A stretch of DNA of 64,000 bases from an uncultured Clostridia bacterium (GTDB lineage: Bacteria > Bacillota > Clostridia > TANB77 > CAG-508), in contig CAKPGU010000007.1 in NCBI GenBank assembly GCA_934155265.1, positions 6,580 through 70,579 of the forward strand, in the 5' to 3' direction. Below the pieces are notes generated by a model. The model was not told the DNA's origin. It saw only the letters and a program-made list of their open reading frames with translations, and ran no database searches. Numbering within the stretch: position 1 is the first letter of the stretch; each line of letters opens with the position of its first letter. Shown piece by piece: positions 20,223 through 30,300 of this stretch. A program made the translations under genes and the position numbers.

Positions 20223-20996
20223 ATGGGAAAAGTAATATCAGTAGCAAACCAAAAAGGGGGAGTAGGAAAGACTACAACCACAGTGAATTTAAGCACTTTG
20301 CTAGCAAAAAAAGGAAAGAAAGTTTTATTAATAGATACTGATCCACAAGGAAATGCGACAAGTGGATTAGGAGTTGATAAAGATGTAGAATTATCTGTAT
20401 ATGATATATTGGTTGGAGACACGACATTTGAAGAAACAGTACAAGAAACAGCAATTAAAAATTTAAAAGTTTGCCCATCAAACATCAGTTTGGCTGGAGC
20501 TGAAGTTGAGCTTGTTTCAATGATGTCAAGAGAACAAAGATTAAAAGCAAAATTAGATTTAGTAAAAGAACAATATGATTACATTTTAATAGATTGTCCA
20601 CCATCATTAGGGCTAATTACATTAAATGCATTTACAGCGTCAGATAGTGTATTAATACCTGTACAATGCGAATATTTCGCACTTGAAGGATTAGGACAAT
20701 TGTTAAATACTGTAAATTTAGTAAAAAAACATTTAAACAAAAACTTAGAAATAGAAGGTGCATTACTTACAATGTATGATGCCAGAACAAACCTTTCAAA
20801 CCAAGTTGTTAAAGAAGTAAAAAAATATTTTGAAGAAAAAGTTTATAAAACAGTAATTCCAAGAAATGTTAGACTAAGTGAAGCACCAAGTTATGGAATG
20901 CCAATTTCATTATATGATCCTAGATCTAAAGGAGCAAAAGCTTATGAAAAATTCGCAAAGGAATTGCTAAAAAATAATGCAAATAATATAAATTAA
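20223..20996 (+). CDS. soj: chromosome partitioning ATPase ParA/Soj
   Basis: 257 aa. deviant Walker A NQKGGVGKTTTTVN, ILIDCPPSLG. Confidence 0.95.
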   Translation: MGKVISVANQKGGVGKTTTTVNLSTLLAKKGKKVLLIDTDPQGNATSGLGVDKDVELSVYDILVGDTTFEETVQETAIKNLKVCPSNISLAGAEVELVSMMSREQRLKAKLDLVKEQYDYILIDCPPSLGLITLNAFTASDSVLIPVQCEYFALEGLGQLLNTVNLVKKHLNKNLEIEGALLTMYDARTNLSNQVVKEVKKYFEEKVYKTVIPRNVRLSEAPSYGMPISLYDPRSKGAKAYEKFAKELLKNNANNIN

Positions 20997-21021
20997 TTAG
21001 ATATAGATAGGGGGAAAAATC

Positions 21022-21906
21022 ATGGCAAAACCAAAAATGACAGGTTTAGGAAAAGGTTTGGATGCTTTATTTGGTGCATCACCACTAGTAGTAGAAGAAA
21101 CAAAAGTAGAAGAGCCTGAAAGTAAAGAAGTAGACGGACAAAATTTAAAAACTTTAAAAATAACAGAAGTTGAACCAAATAGAGATCAACCAAGAAAAGT
21201 TTTTAACCAAGAAGCTTTAGAAGAATTAGCAGAATCAATAAAAACATATGGAATAATTCAACCAATTGTAGTATCAAGAAAAGATGGATATTATGCAATT
21301 GTTGCAGGTGAGAGAAGATGGAGAGCTGCTAAAATTGCTGAATTAGAAGAGATTCCAGCAATAATAAGAGATGATGATGAACAAACAAATAAAGAAATAG
21401 CATTAATAGAAAATATACAAAGAGAAGATTTAAACCCATATGAAAAAGCTTTAGGAATACGTCAATTAATGGACAAATACGGATTAACTCAAGAGCAAGT
21501 CGCTAAAAAAATAGGAAAGAGCAGAAGTAGTGTTTCAAATACAGTTAGAGTATTGTATTTAACACCAGATGTTTTGGAATTAGTAAAACAAGGAAAATTG
21601 TCAGAGGGACATTGTAAAGCATTAGCAGGAATAAGTGATCCAAAAAGACAATATGAAGCAGCTATTAGAATGATAGAAAGAGGAGAATCTGTAAGACAAG
21701 CTGAAAGCAAAAATAGAACAACAAAAAAAGAAAAGAAATTAGATCCTAAATATAAATATTTATATGAAGATATTGAAGATAGATTCCAAGGTTTCTTCGG
21801 AACAAAGGTAAAATTAGATCAAGGAAAGAGAAAAGGAAGAATTATTATTGAGTATCATAATAATGATGATTTGGAGAGAATGTTGAATTTAATTAAAGGT
21901 GAATAA
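21022..21906 (+). CDS. spo0J: chromosome partitioning protein ParB/Spo0J
   Basis: 294 aa. IQPIVV, GERRWRAAK, HTH QEQVAKKIGKSRSSVSNTVRVL. Confidence 0.95.
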   Translation: MAKPKMTGLGKGLDALFGASPLVVEETKVEEPESKEVDGQNLKTLKITEVEPNRDQPRKVFNQEALEELAESIKTYGIIQPIVVSRKDGYYAIVAGERRWRAAKIAELEEIPAIIRDDDEQTNKEIALIENIQREDLNPYEKALGIRQLMDKYGLTQEQVAKKIGKSRSSVSNTVRVLYLTPDVLELVKQGKLSEGHCKALAGISDPKRQYEAAIRMIERGESVRQAESKNRTTKKEKKLDPKYKYLYEDIEDRFQGFFGTKVKLDQGKRKGRIIIEYHNNDDLERMLNLIKGE

Positions 21907-21932
21907 AATTCTAAAAAATTAATAAAAAACTA

Positions 21933-21962
21933 TTGACAAGCGACAGTAACTTGTGTTAATAT
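21933..21962 (+). promoter_or_regulatory. sigmaA-type promoter for the tRNA-Ser pair
   Basis: TTGACA (21933-21938), 17 nt, TTAATA (21956-21961), or 18 nt to TAATAT (21957-21962). Confidence 0.5.
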
Positions 21963-21995
21963 AAGTACTGTCGCTAGACATTTGTCTATAGATAT

Positions 21996-22087
<92 letters not shown>

Positions 22088-22091
22088 AAGT

Positions 22092-22127
22092 AAAAGTTAG
22101 ATAGATTATAAATATCTAACTTTTCTT
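22092..22127 (+). terminator. hairpin between the two tRNA genes (processing or termination)
   Basis: AAAAGTTAGATA ... TATCTAACTTTT, T-rich tail. Confidence 0.45.
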
Positions 22128-22141
22128 AATATAATATAATT

Positions 22142-22231
22142 GTAGGTGTACCCAAGTGGTGAAGGGGGCAGTTTGCTAAACTGCTAGGTCGAGCGATCGG
22201 CGCGGAGGTTCGAACCCTCTCACCTACGCCA
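22142..22231 (+). tRNA. tRNA-Ser (anticodon GCU), type II, CCA encoded
   Basis: Acceptor GTAGGTG/CACCTAC, anticodon arm GCAGT-TTGCTAA-ACTGC, T loop TTCGAAC, then GCCA. Confidence 0.93.
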
Positions 22232-22233
22232 AG

Positions 22234-22268
22234 AGATATAAGGAATTAGTTCTTTATATCTTTTTTTA
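22234..22268 (+). terminator. rho-independent terminator after tRNA-Ser(GCU)
   Basis: AGATATAAGGA attag TCTTTATATCT followed by TTTTTTT. Confidence 0.65.
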
Positions 22269-22384
22269 TATTTTAATTGATAAAAAAATTATGCAAATAA
22301 AGAGAATTATAATTGAAAATATTTAATTGAATTTGTATAAAATAATGAAAATAGGAAAAAATTGCCGAAAATTTGCAAAAAAAC

Positions 22385-22413
22385 TTGCAAGTAAATAGAA
22401 AATGTTATATAAT
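22385..22413 (+). promoter_or_regulatory. sigmaA-type promoter of the T4SS-like operon
   Basis: TTGCAA (22385-22390), 17 nt, TATAAT (22408-22413), 50 nt upstream of the first pilin-like ORF. Confidence 0.5.
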
Positions 22414-22463
22414 TAAATAGAAGTAGTTTGTAAAGTCTAATGATAAGAAAGTTAGGTGATGGT

Positions 22464-22919
22464 ATGAAAAATAGCCATAAAATAAAAATGTTCATAATTT
22501 TAATGATGATTTTTACAATTATATTTAATTTTGATTATATAGTAGAAGCTAGATATGATGATGATTTAACAGAAAGAGATGAAAGATTGAAAAATGAGGC
22601 ACAAGAAAGAACAAAAAATAATTCAGATCCTTCTGAAAACCCAAACTATTATCATCCAAAGACGTTGAGTCCAGAAGAACCAGAAGTACAAGAAAAAGCT
22701 GGAAAAATTTTAGGATATATTAATACTATAGGAATAGTAGTTTCAATAATAACATTAGTTATAATAGGTATAAAATATATGTTAGGAAGTATAGAAGAAA
22801 AAGCAGAATATAAGAAAACTATGATATATTACATGTTAGGAGCATTATTACTTTTTTCAGCAACAACAATACCAAACATATTATATAGATTAACAACAGG
22901 TCTATCTACATCAATATAG
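22464..22919 (+). CDS. VirB2/TrbC-like pilin-type membrane protein, paralogue 1
   Basis: ATG 22464 with an AGGTGA RBS. Signal/TM helix, acidic linker, two C-terminal TM helices. Motif GIKYMLGSIEEKAEYKKTMIYY shared with 23402-23752. Confidence 0.7.
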   Translation: MKNSHKIKMFIILMMIFTIIFNFDYIVEARYDDDLTERDERLKNEAQERTKNNSDPSENPNYYHPKTLSPEEPEVQEKAGKILGYINTIGIVVSIITLVIIGIKYMLGSIEEKAEYKKTMIYYMLGALLLFSATTIPNILYRLTTGLSTSI

Positions 22920-22934
22920 AGAGGAAGTGATAGG

Positions 22935-23330
22935 ATGAATCACAAAACAATTAGTATAGTATTAAAAATAATAATAATTATAATTTTATTAGGAGTAGTG
23001 ATTAAACCAAATATTTCGTATGCACTTCCGTTAACAGACATATTACATGCAGGTCAAAATTTTATAGATGAAGGAAAATCACAAGATAGTGTAATAAATC
23101 CAGGACAATTAAGAGATTCATCTAATTTAATATATAATATTTTATTAGGGATAGGAGTAATATTATCTGTATTAGTAGGGGCAATGCTTGGAATAAAAAT
23201 TATGTGGGGAAGTATAGAACAACAAACAAAAGCAAAAGAAGCACTAATGCCTTATGGAATAGGATGTGTAGTAATATTTGGAGCATTTGCAATATGGAAA
23301 CTTGCAGTGACAGTATTCTCACAAATATAA
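22935..23330 (+). CDS. VirB2/TrbC-like pilin-type membrane protein, paralogue 2 (more diverged)
   Basis: 131 aa with the same topology. GIKIMWGSIEQQTKAKEALMPYGIG occupies the motif position. Confidence 0.65.
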   Translation: MNHKTISIVLKIIIIIILLGVVIKPNISYALPLTDILHAGQNFIDEGKSQDSVINPGQLRDSSNLIYNILLGIGVILSVLVGAMLGIKIMWGSIEQQTKAKEALMPYGIGCVVIFGAFAIWKLAVTVFSQI

Positions 23331-23401
23331 AATAATTAAGTTATTTACATTCTGGAAAACCAGAGTTTATAAATAAAATAAATATAAAAGGAGGAAAAAA
23401 C

Positions 23402-23752
23402 ATGAGTACAAAAACTATGAAAATATTAACATTTGTAGCAACATTATTGTTAGTAGTATCATTAGGAACATCTGCAATATTTGCTCTTACACCAAATGGA
23501 GTTGTAGCTAAAGAACCAACTTCAACAGATATACAAGATTTGGGTGGAAGAATATTAGGGATTTTACAAACAGTAGGTGTTGTATTATCAGTAATAATAT
23601 TAGTAGTACTTGGTATTAAATATATGATGGGTAGTGCTGAAGAAAAAGCTGAATACAAGAAAACAATGATTCCTTACTTAGTTGGTGCTGTATTAATTTT
23701 CTTAGCTCCAACAATAGCAAACACAGTATATAGCTTAGTAAAACCAAACTAA
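23402..23752 (+). CDS. VirB2/TrbC-like pilin-type membrane protein, paralogue 3
   Basis: 116 aa. Signal peptide ...SAIFA/LTP, then ILGILQTVGVVLSVIILVVLGIKYMMGSAEEKAEYKKTMIPYLVGAVLIFLAP. AAGGAGGA RBS. Confidence 0.7.
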   Translation: MSTKTMKILTFVATLLLVVSLGTSAIFALTPNGVVAKEPTSTDIQDLGGRILGILQTVGVVLSVIILVVLGIKYMMGSAEEKAEYKKTMIPYLVGAVLIFLAPTIANTVYSLVKPN

Positions 23753-23783
23753 AAAGAAAAGTTAAAAAAAAAATCAAAAAAAG

Positions 23784-23815
23784 TCGATAAATGCTTCCAT
23801 TTATCGATTTTTTTT
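23784..23815 (+). terminator. intra-operon rho-independent terminator after the pilin genes
   Basis: TCGATAAATG cttc CATTTATCGA followed by TTTTTTTT. Confidence 0.7.
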
Positions 23816-23861
23816 GATATAATATAATAGAATGATTATATACAAACTAAGGAGGAAAGTT

Positions 23862-24209
23862 ATGGGAACATATAATGTACCAAGAAATGTAAAAGGAGAA
23901 GGAAGAATACTATTTATATTTTCTACCAAATCTATTATTTATACTGCTGTTGCAGGAGCAATTGGACTAATATTTTATTTGATTTTTAGTGCAATTGGTT
24001 TGACTATGGTTGGGATTGTTATTACAATAATATTTGCAGTAATTGGTTATGCAATTGGAATGTTTAAAGTTCCAGAAACAAATGGATTAGAAATAACAAG
24101 AAAAACTGGAGGAGAAGACATAGACGATGTTATAAAAAGGTATATTATGTTTAAAAAGAAAACAAAGAAACTTTATGTTTATACAAAGGAGGAAAATGAA
24201 AATGAATAG
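23862..24209 (+). CDS. PrgI-family / VirB3-like small membrane protein
   Basis: ATG 23862 after an AAGGAGG RBS. MGTYNVPRNVKGEGRILFIFSTKSIIYTAV followed by two TM helices, the typical PrgI layout. Located directly upstream of VirB4. Confidence 0.65.
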   Translation: MGTYNVPRNVKGEGRILFIFSTKSIIYTAVAGAIGLIFYLIFSAIGLTMVGIVITIIFAVIGYAIGMFKVPETNGLEITRKTGGEDIDDVIKRYIMFKKKTKKLYVYTKEENENE

Positions 24210-25422
24210 TGAAGCAACAACACAATTAATACAAACACTTACATATATATTGATTCCTATAATAATAGCTATATTTGCCTTGATAGGATTTTTAGTATAT
24301 TTACATTTTAAAGAAAACAATGCCAAAAGAGAAAAAGAAAATGCTGGAAGGCAAAGCAAAAGTGTTCCTCAACAAGACAAGCAATCTATATTTAATTTTA
24401 TGGAATTTGATACTGTTAAAGATAATATGATAATTCAAAGAAAAGGCAAAAGATATTTAATGGTAATAGAATGTCAAGGAATTAACTATGATTTAATGTC
24501 AAATGTAGAAAAAACAGGTGTTGAAGAAGGATTCGTACAATTTTTAAATACATTAAGATATCAAATTCAAATTTATGTACAAACAAGATCTGTTAATCTA
24601 GAAAACAGTTTACAAGTATACAGACAAAGAGTAAAAGATGTAGAAAATAAACTTAGAAAAATGCAAATGCAATATGATGACATGAAAGAATCGGGTGAAT
24701 ACACAGATGAACAATTGCAGAAAGCATATTATGAACTTACAAAACAGTCTAATTTATATGAATATGGAAAATCAGTTTTACAAGATACAGAGAGAATGAG
24801 CTTAAATAAAAATATTTTGAATAAAAGGTATTATATTATAGTTCCATATTACTCTGCAGAAGCTGGAAATGAAAATTTAGATGCAATAGAAGTAGAAGGA
24901 ATTGCTTTTTCAGAATTATATACTAGATCACAATCATTAATAAGATCAATATCAACCTGTGGGGTTAGAGGAAAAATATTAAGATCAAATGAATTAATTG
25001 AATTATTGTATATGGCATATAACAGAGAAGATGCAGAAACATTTGGATTAGACAAGGCTATACAGGCAGGATTTAATGAAATGTATTCAACAGCACCAGA
25101 TGTGTTGAAAAAGAAAATGAAAGAGATTGATAATGAGATAGAAGAAAAAGCAATACAAAAAGCAAAAGAAAAAGTTAATGAAGCTAAGTCTGAAATAGAA
25201 CAAGAAATTGAAGATAAAGAAAATCATATAGATGAGTTAATTGGGCAGATGGCCAAAATGATAATAGCAGAAAATGAAGAATATATAGGAAATGATGTTG
25301 TTAATAGAGCAATAGAAAAAGTAACAGAAGAATTAACTCAAAAATCAAATACAAAAGAAGGAGGTAATGAAAATGGCCAAAAAAAGACAACAAGAGGAAG
25401 AAAGAGAAATGCAACCAATTAA
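24202..25422 (+). CDS. TM-anchored VirB4 N-terminal-domain protein with a C-terminal coiled coil
   Basis: Start 24202 (GGAGG 9 nt upstream). TM LTYILIPIIIAIFALIGFLVYLHF. FMEFDTVKDNMIIQRKGKRYLMVIECQGINYDLMSNVEKTGVEEGF parallels ORF 5884-5330. Last ~110 aa are E/K-rich. Confidence 0.65.
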   Translation: MNSEATTQLIQTLTYILIPIIIAIFALIGFLVYLHFKENNAKREKENAGRQSKSVPQQDKQSIFNFMEFDTVKDNMIIQRKGKRYLMVIECQGINYDLMSNVEKTGVEEGFVQFLNTLRYQIQIYVQTRSVNLENSLQVYRQRVKDVENKLRKMQMQYDDMKESGEYTDEQLQKAYYELTKQSNLYEYGKSVLQDTERMSLNKNILNKRYYIIVPYYSAEAGNENLDAIEVEGIAFSELYTRSQSLIRSISTCGVRGKILRSNELIELLYMAYNREDAETFGLDKAIQAGFNEMYSTAPDVLKKKMKEIDNEIEEKAIQKAKEKVNEAKSEIEQEIEDKENHIDELIGQMAKMIIAENEEYIGNDVVNRAIEKVTEELTQKSNTKEGGNENGQKKTTRGRKRNATN

Positions 25423-27337
25423 TGAAGATTCACAATTATTAAGAAAACAAACTATAAAAGAATTAATAGCTCCTTCTGGAATAGATGCATCAGATATTGA
25501 TCACTTAGAAATAATTTCTAGTGTAAAGAAATATGCAAGAAGCTTCTTTGTTTCAACATTACCAAGAATGTGTACATTCCCAGAATTATTTAGGGATATG
25601 TATTTCTTCGGAGATATAAATACATCAATATATATAAATCCAGTTCAAGAAGCTAAGTCACAAAACGAATTAAACAGAATAATTAATGAACTTGAAACAG
25701 AAAGAATTGTTGCAGCTGATAGAGGAAATATAAACAGAGAAAGTAATTTAACACAAAAAAGATTTGAAGCAGAACAATTAAGAGATGAAATTGCAGCAGG
25801 ATTTAATAAATTATATGAAGCATCTGTTATTTCAACAATCTTTACATATAATTTAGATGATTTAGATAGATTAACAAAATTGTTATCAACAGAAATGTCA
25901 AAATCATTGGTTGGAGTAAAAACAGCATGGGCAATGCAAGAAGAGGCTTTTAAATCTAATTTACCATTAATGGAAAATAAGATTAATAAAACTCATACTT
26001 TTGATAGACGTTCAATGTCAACAATATTTCCATTTGTTACATCAGAGGTAGGACATTCAACAGGAATTCCTTTAGGATTTAATAAACAAACAGGAACACC
26101 AATATTATTTGATAATTTTCATAATTCACTTACAAATTATAATATGGTTATATTTGCAAAATCTGGTGCTGGTAAATCTGTAACGATGAAAACATTGATA
26201 AGTAGATCTTCATTACTAATGGGAATTGAAAGTTTAGCACTTGATGCTGAGGGTGAATATCAAATAGTTGCTGAATCATTAGGTGGAATAAATGTTGTTT
26301 TAAGTCCAACATCCAAAACAGTTATTAACTTATTTGATGTTGAAACAGAAACAGCTAAAGATGAAATAACAGGAAGAGAAAGATTAGTTCTAAATATTGA
26401 AAATAAAGTAGAAGATGTAACACAAGCTTTATTAACAATGGCTAGAGGTAGTACAAGAAGTACAGAAGTAAATGAGTTAACAAAACAAATTATAGCAGAA
26501 TCTGTAGCAGAAGAATATGCTGCAAGAGGAATAACAAGTGACCCTAATAGTTTATATGAAGCTACAACTAATTTTAACAGAGGGGACAAATTATATAGGG
26601 ATAAAAAGAAAATGCCGACAATAGGTTCTTGGTATAGAAGGATTCAAGCAAAAGCACAAGAGAATATGAATGATGACTATAGATTCCATTATAGTTATTT
26701 ATTAAAAGTAATGAAACAATACATAAGAGAATATAATGGTCAAATGGCTTATTTTGATGGACAATCTACATTTGAATTATTAGAAGGAGCACCATTTATA
26801 AATTTGGACATATCTCAATTGGAAGAAAAATTTGCAAGACCACTTGCACAACAGATTCTTTTAACTTGGATATGGGAAAAATTTGTTAAGAAAAATAGTG
26901 AAGATAGAAGTAAAGCTACAAAGAAAAGGGTAATTGTCGATGAGGCATGGATGTTACTACCATACCCAGAAGCTGTAGATTTCTTAAATACAATGGCTAG
27001 ACGTGCTAGAAAAAGAAATGTTTCTTTAGCAGTAGTTTCTCAAAGATTCCAAGATTTCTATGAAAAACCTGAAGCTCAAGCTGTTCTTACATCTTCTGAT
27101 ACAAAATTATTTTTAGCACAAGATAAATCTGAAATACAATATTTAAAAGAAGTATTTAAGTTAAGTGAAGGAGAAGCTGGATTTTTGGTTACTTGTGGTA
27201 AGGGTGAAGGGTTGTTAAAGGTTGGACCTGAATCTGCTATTATACAAATAACACCTACACAAAAAGAGTTTGAGTTTGTGGAGACAAACTTGAATAAGTT
27301 AATTAAAAATAGAACAGCAAGAATAAATGAAGAGTAA
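25373..27337 (+). CDS. VirB4/TrsE-like conjugative ATPase (ATPase portion)
   Basis: Own GGAGG RBS 8 nt before ATG 25373. IAPSGIDASDIDHLEI, Walker A IFAKSGAGKSVTMK, Walker B RVIVDEAWMLL, NVSLAVVSQRFQDF. Overlaps the upstream ORF by 50 nt. Confidence 0.9.
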   Translation: MAKKRQQEEEREMQPINEDSQLLRKQTIKELIAPSGIDASDIDHLEIISSVKKYARSFFVSTLPRMCTFPELFRDMYFFGDINTSIYINPVQEAKSQNELNRIINELETERIVAADRGNINRESNLTQKRFEAEQLRDEIAAGFNKLYEASVISTIFTYNLDDLDRLTKLLSTEMSKSLVGVKTAWAMQEEAFKSNLPLMENKINKTHTFDRRSMSTIFPFVTSEVGHSTGIPLGFNKQTGTPILFDNFHNSLTNYNMVIFAKSGAGKSVTMKTLISRSSLLMGIESLALDAEGEYQIVAESLGGINVVLSPTSKTVINLFDVETETAKDEITGRERLVLNIENKVEDVTQALLTMARGSTRSTEVNELTKQIIAESVAEEYAARGITSDPNSLYEATTNFNRGDKLYRDKKKMPTIGSWYRRIQAKAQENMNDDYRFHYSYLLKVMKQYIREYNGQMAYFDGQSTFELLEGAPFINLDISQLEEKFARPLAQQILLTWIWEKFVKKNSEDRSKATKKRVIVDEAWMLLPYPEAVDFLNTMARRARKRNVSLAVVSQRFQDFYEKPEAQAVLTSSDTKLFLAQDKSEIQYLKEVFKLSEGEAGFLVTCGKGEGLLKVGPESAIIQITPTQKEFEFVETNLNKLIKNRTARINEE

Positions 27338-27347
27338 GGAGAAAAAA

Positions 27348-30300
27348 ATGAAAATTTTTACCAATAAAGGTATAATTGGAAAGTTAGTTATAGTAATAAG
27401 TATATTAATAATATTTTCTTGTTTAATTCCTAGTAATAAGGTTTATGCAGCCGATTTAGGTGGAACTTTGTTAAGACCAGTAATGGACTTGATATTAACT
27501 ATTGCTGATGGAATATTTGATGTAGTGCAAAAAGCATTATTTGATTCACCTTCATTAATAGTACTGGATTTAAGTAAAGGCATTTTGTCTACAATTTTTA
27601 CAGTAGTAGCAGGAGTAATTATAGCTGTTGTTGTGGCTGCTGTTGCTATTGCTTTAGGTGTTGCTCTTCCAACTATTGTTTCTGCGCTTGTAGCAAAAGT
27701 AGGAGTAGATCTTTCTGTTGGTTTATCAGCAGCAGCAATAGGAACTATTGTTGTAACTGCTGTTGGAGAGGGAGCCATTGCAGGTTTAGCTGGTGGTGCA
27801 TTTTTTAATAGGACATTTTTTGGAGACCAAGCGGTTTTGCCTTTATATAGGATAAGCCCAGAAGAAATTTTTGCAGGGGATATTCCTATGTTGGATGTAA
27901 ACTTTTTTGACTCTGGAACAGCTGAAAGTTCTAATATTAGCGATGCAGATGTATCAGAAATGACAAAAATGGTAGATTCAAAGTCAGGAATTATTGGACC
28001 TAGAAGTACTGATGAAACATTAAATTCGGAAATAAATGATTTCTTAAGTAAATATGGATTTGATGGATCATTTGATGTAGGAGTATATACAGGTGGACAT
28101 TATAATCAAGATAAAAATATAAGTGCAGAAGAGATAGGAACAGCGGTGGATGAAGGGGGAGTACCATATATAGCAAAATTTAGTTTAGTAATTTCAACTA
28201 ATACTTATAATGGTATTGGTCACGGAACATATGAAGTTGCTGTTTACTCAAAAGCACTAGGACTTATTGATATTGGAAATACTCTAAAACCAACAATATC
28301 TAAATGGTATTATGCGCTAAGAACTATTGCAATTGTAGTGATGTTAATAATTCTTGTATATATAGGAATTAGAATAATGACTTCAAGTATAGCAAGTGAA
28401 AAATCTAAATATAAGAATATGCTAACAGACTGGGTCGTTGCAATGACTTTAATATTTGTTATGCATTATATAATGGTTTTTGCTAATAATATTAATGAAT
28501 CGATTATTGAAGTTTTTAAATCAGCTAATAAAGTTGGAGCTCAAATTGGGGTAATACTTGATAAAGACGGAGATATAAAAAGAGCATTAGAAGAAGATGA
28601 TGTTGGAAAGACTATGATATCGGAACATCCAGATATTTTTGCTGGATATGAAAATGGAGAAGGTCATATTAATTGGCCAACTAATTATATGGGATTAATC
28701 AGATTAGAGGCGGCTCAACATAGTGATGCGGGTATGCTATTTATAGGATATGGAATGGCATTTTTAGTATTATGGTTTTATACAATATTTTTCTTATTTA
28801 CATATCTTAGAAGGTTAGTATATATTGCATTTTTAACAATTATTGCTCCAATGGTAGCAATGACATATCCAATAGATAAAATAAATGATGGAAAAGCTCA
28901 AGCTTTTGATATGTGGTTTAAAGAATATATATTTAATTTATTGTTACAGCCGGTACATCTATTGTTATATACAATTTTAATATCTAGTGCTTGCGAATTG
29001 GCAGAAACAAATATAATTTATACACTAGTAGCATTAGGCTTTATGATGCCAGCAGAAAAATTATTACGTAGATTCTTTGGATTTGAGAAAGCACAAACTC
29101 CAGGAGCTCTTGGAGGAGCAGCAGGAGCTGCTCTAATGATGTCTGGATTAAATAGATTATTAAGACCTCGTCCACCAAGACATGATCATAATTTAGGTGG
29201 TGAAAAAAATTCAGAAGATGAAAATAAAGATTACAGCTTAAATTCAACAGGAGATTTAATGGATGGAGTAGAATTAGGTGCAGGGGCTGGAAAAACAGAT
29301 GATAAAGATCCTACTAAAAAACCAGTTTTACCACCTGATGATTCATTTGATAAGAAAGAGGATGCAAAGGAAAATAAGAGAAGATTAATTTTTTCAGGAG
29401 AGAATCCTGAGGACAAACCAAATGGAAAATTAATATATACTCCTGAGACAGAGAGAAAAATGGAGGAAGAAAGACAAAGAAAAGCAGCTGAAGCTGCTGA
29501 AGAAGCAAGAAAAAAGGCTATGGCAGAACAGATAAAGAAATCAATAGAGAAAAAGAATGAAAAAGAAGCTATTGCAAAAGCAGAGAAATTAAAAGCGGAT
29601 AAGCTAAAGAAGTTGAAAGAAGAGCGAGCTAAACATCCTATAAAGACTAAAATTAAAGGTGTTGCTAAAGGATTAGGAAAATCATCTAAATATTATCTTG
29701 AAGCAAGCATGAATAGAGCTATTAGAAATTATAGAGGAAGAGGAATTTCAACAATAGGAAGAACGTTAAGAGGTGGATTTGTAGGAGCAGGTGCTGCAAT
29801 TGTCGGAGCATCTATAGGAATTGCATCTGGTGATATTGGAAAAGTTGGTCAGAATGCATCAACAGCAGCTGTAGCTGGATATGCAGTAGGTGCAAGAAAA
29901 GGTGATCCTGTGTCAGAGAAGGATGCTAAAAAAATAGGTGAGGAAATTGAAAAAAATCAATATGATACACCAGAAGAATATAAAGCAGCAAAATTGAAGA
30001 AAAATGTAGATAAAATTGTTAAAAATTCAGATAATGTAAAAACTATACAGGAAAATTTAAACTTAAAAAATTATGATGAAGCAGAGAAAAAACTTGAAAG
30101 CTATAGAGATTGTATGGAAGAGGGCATTACTGATATGGACGATGTAAGTACAATAATCAAAATGGTTGAAGAGAAAAATTGGGATAAAGAATTTGCAAAA
30201 AATATAGCAAGAGCATCTAAAAGTTTATCAAAGAGACCAGATAAAATAGAGGGAACTCGTGAAGGAGATGACTTAAAGAAAAAATATATAAAATATGCTC

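Noticed and set aside
22307-22495. 62-aa minus-strand ORF upstream of the first pilin-like gene
   Set aside because: It overlaps the operon promoter and the start of the pilin ORF. Hydrophobic low-complexity translation, no RBS.
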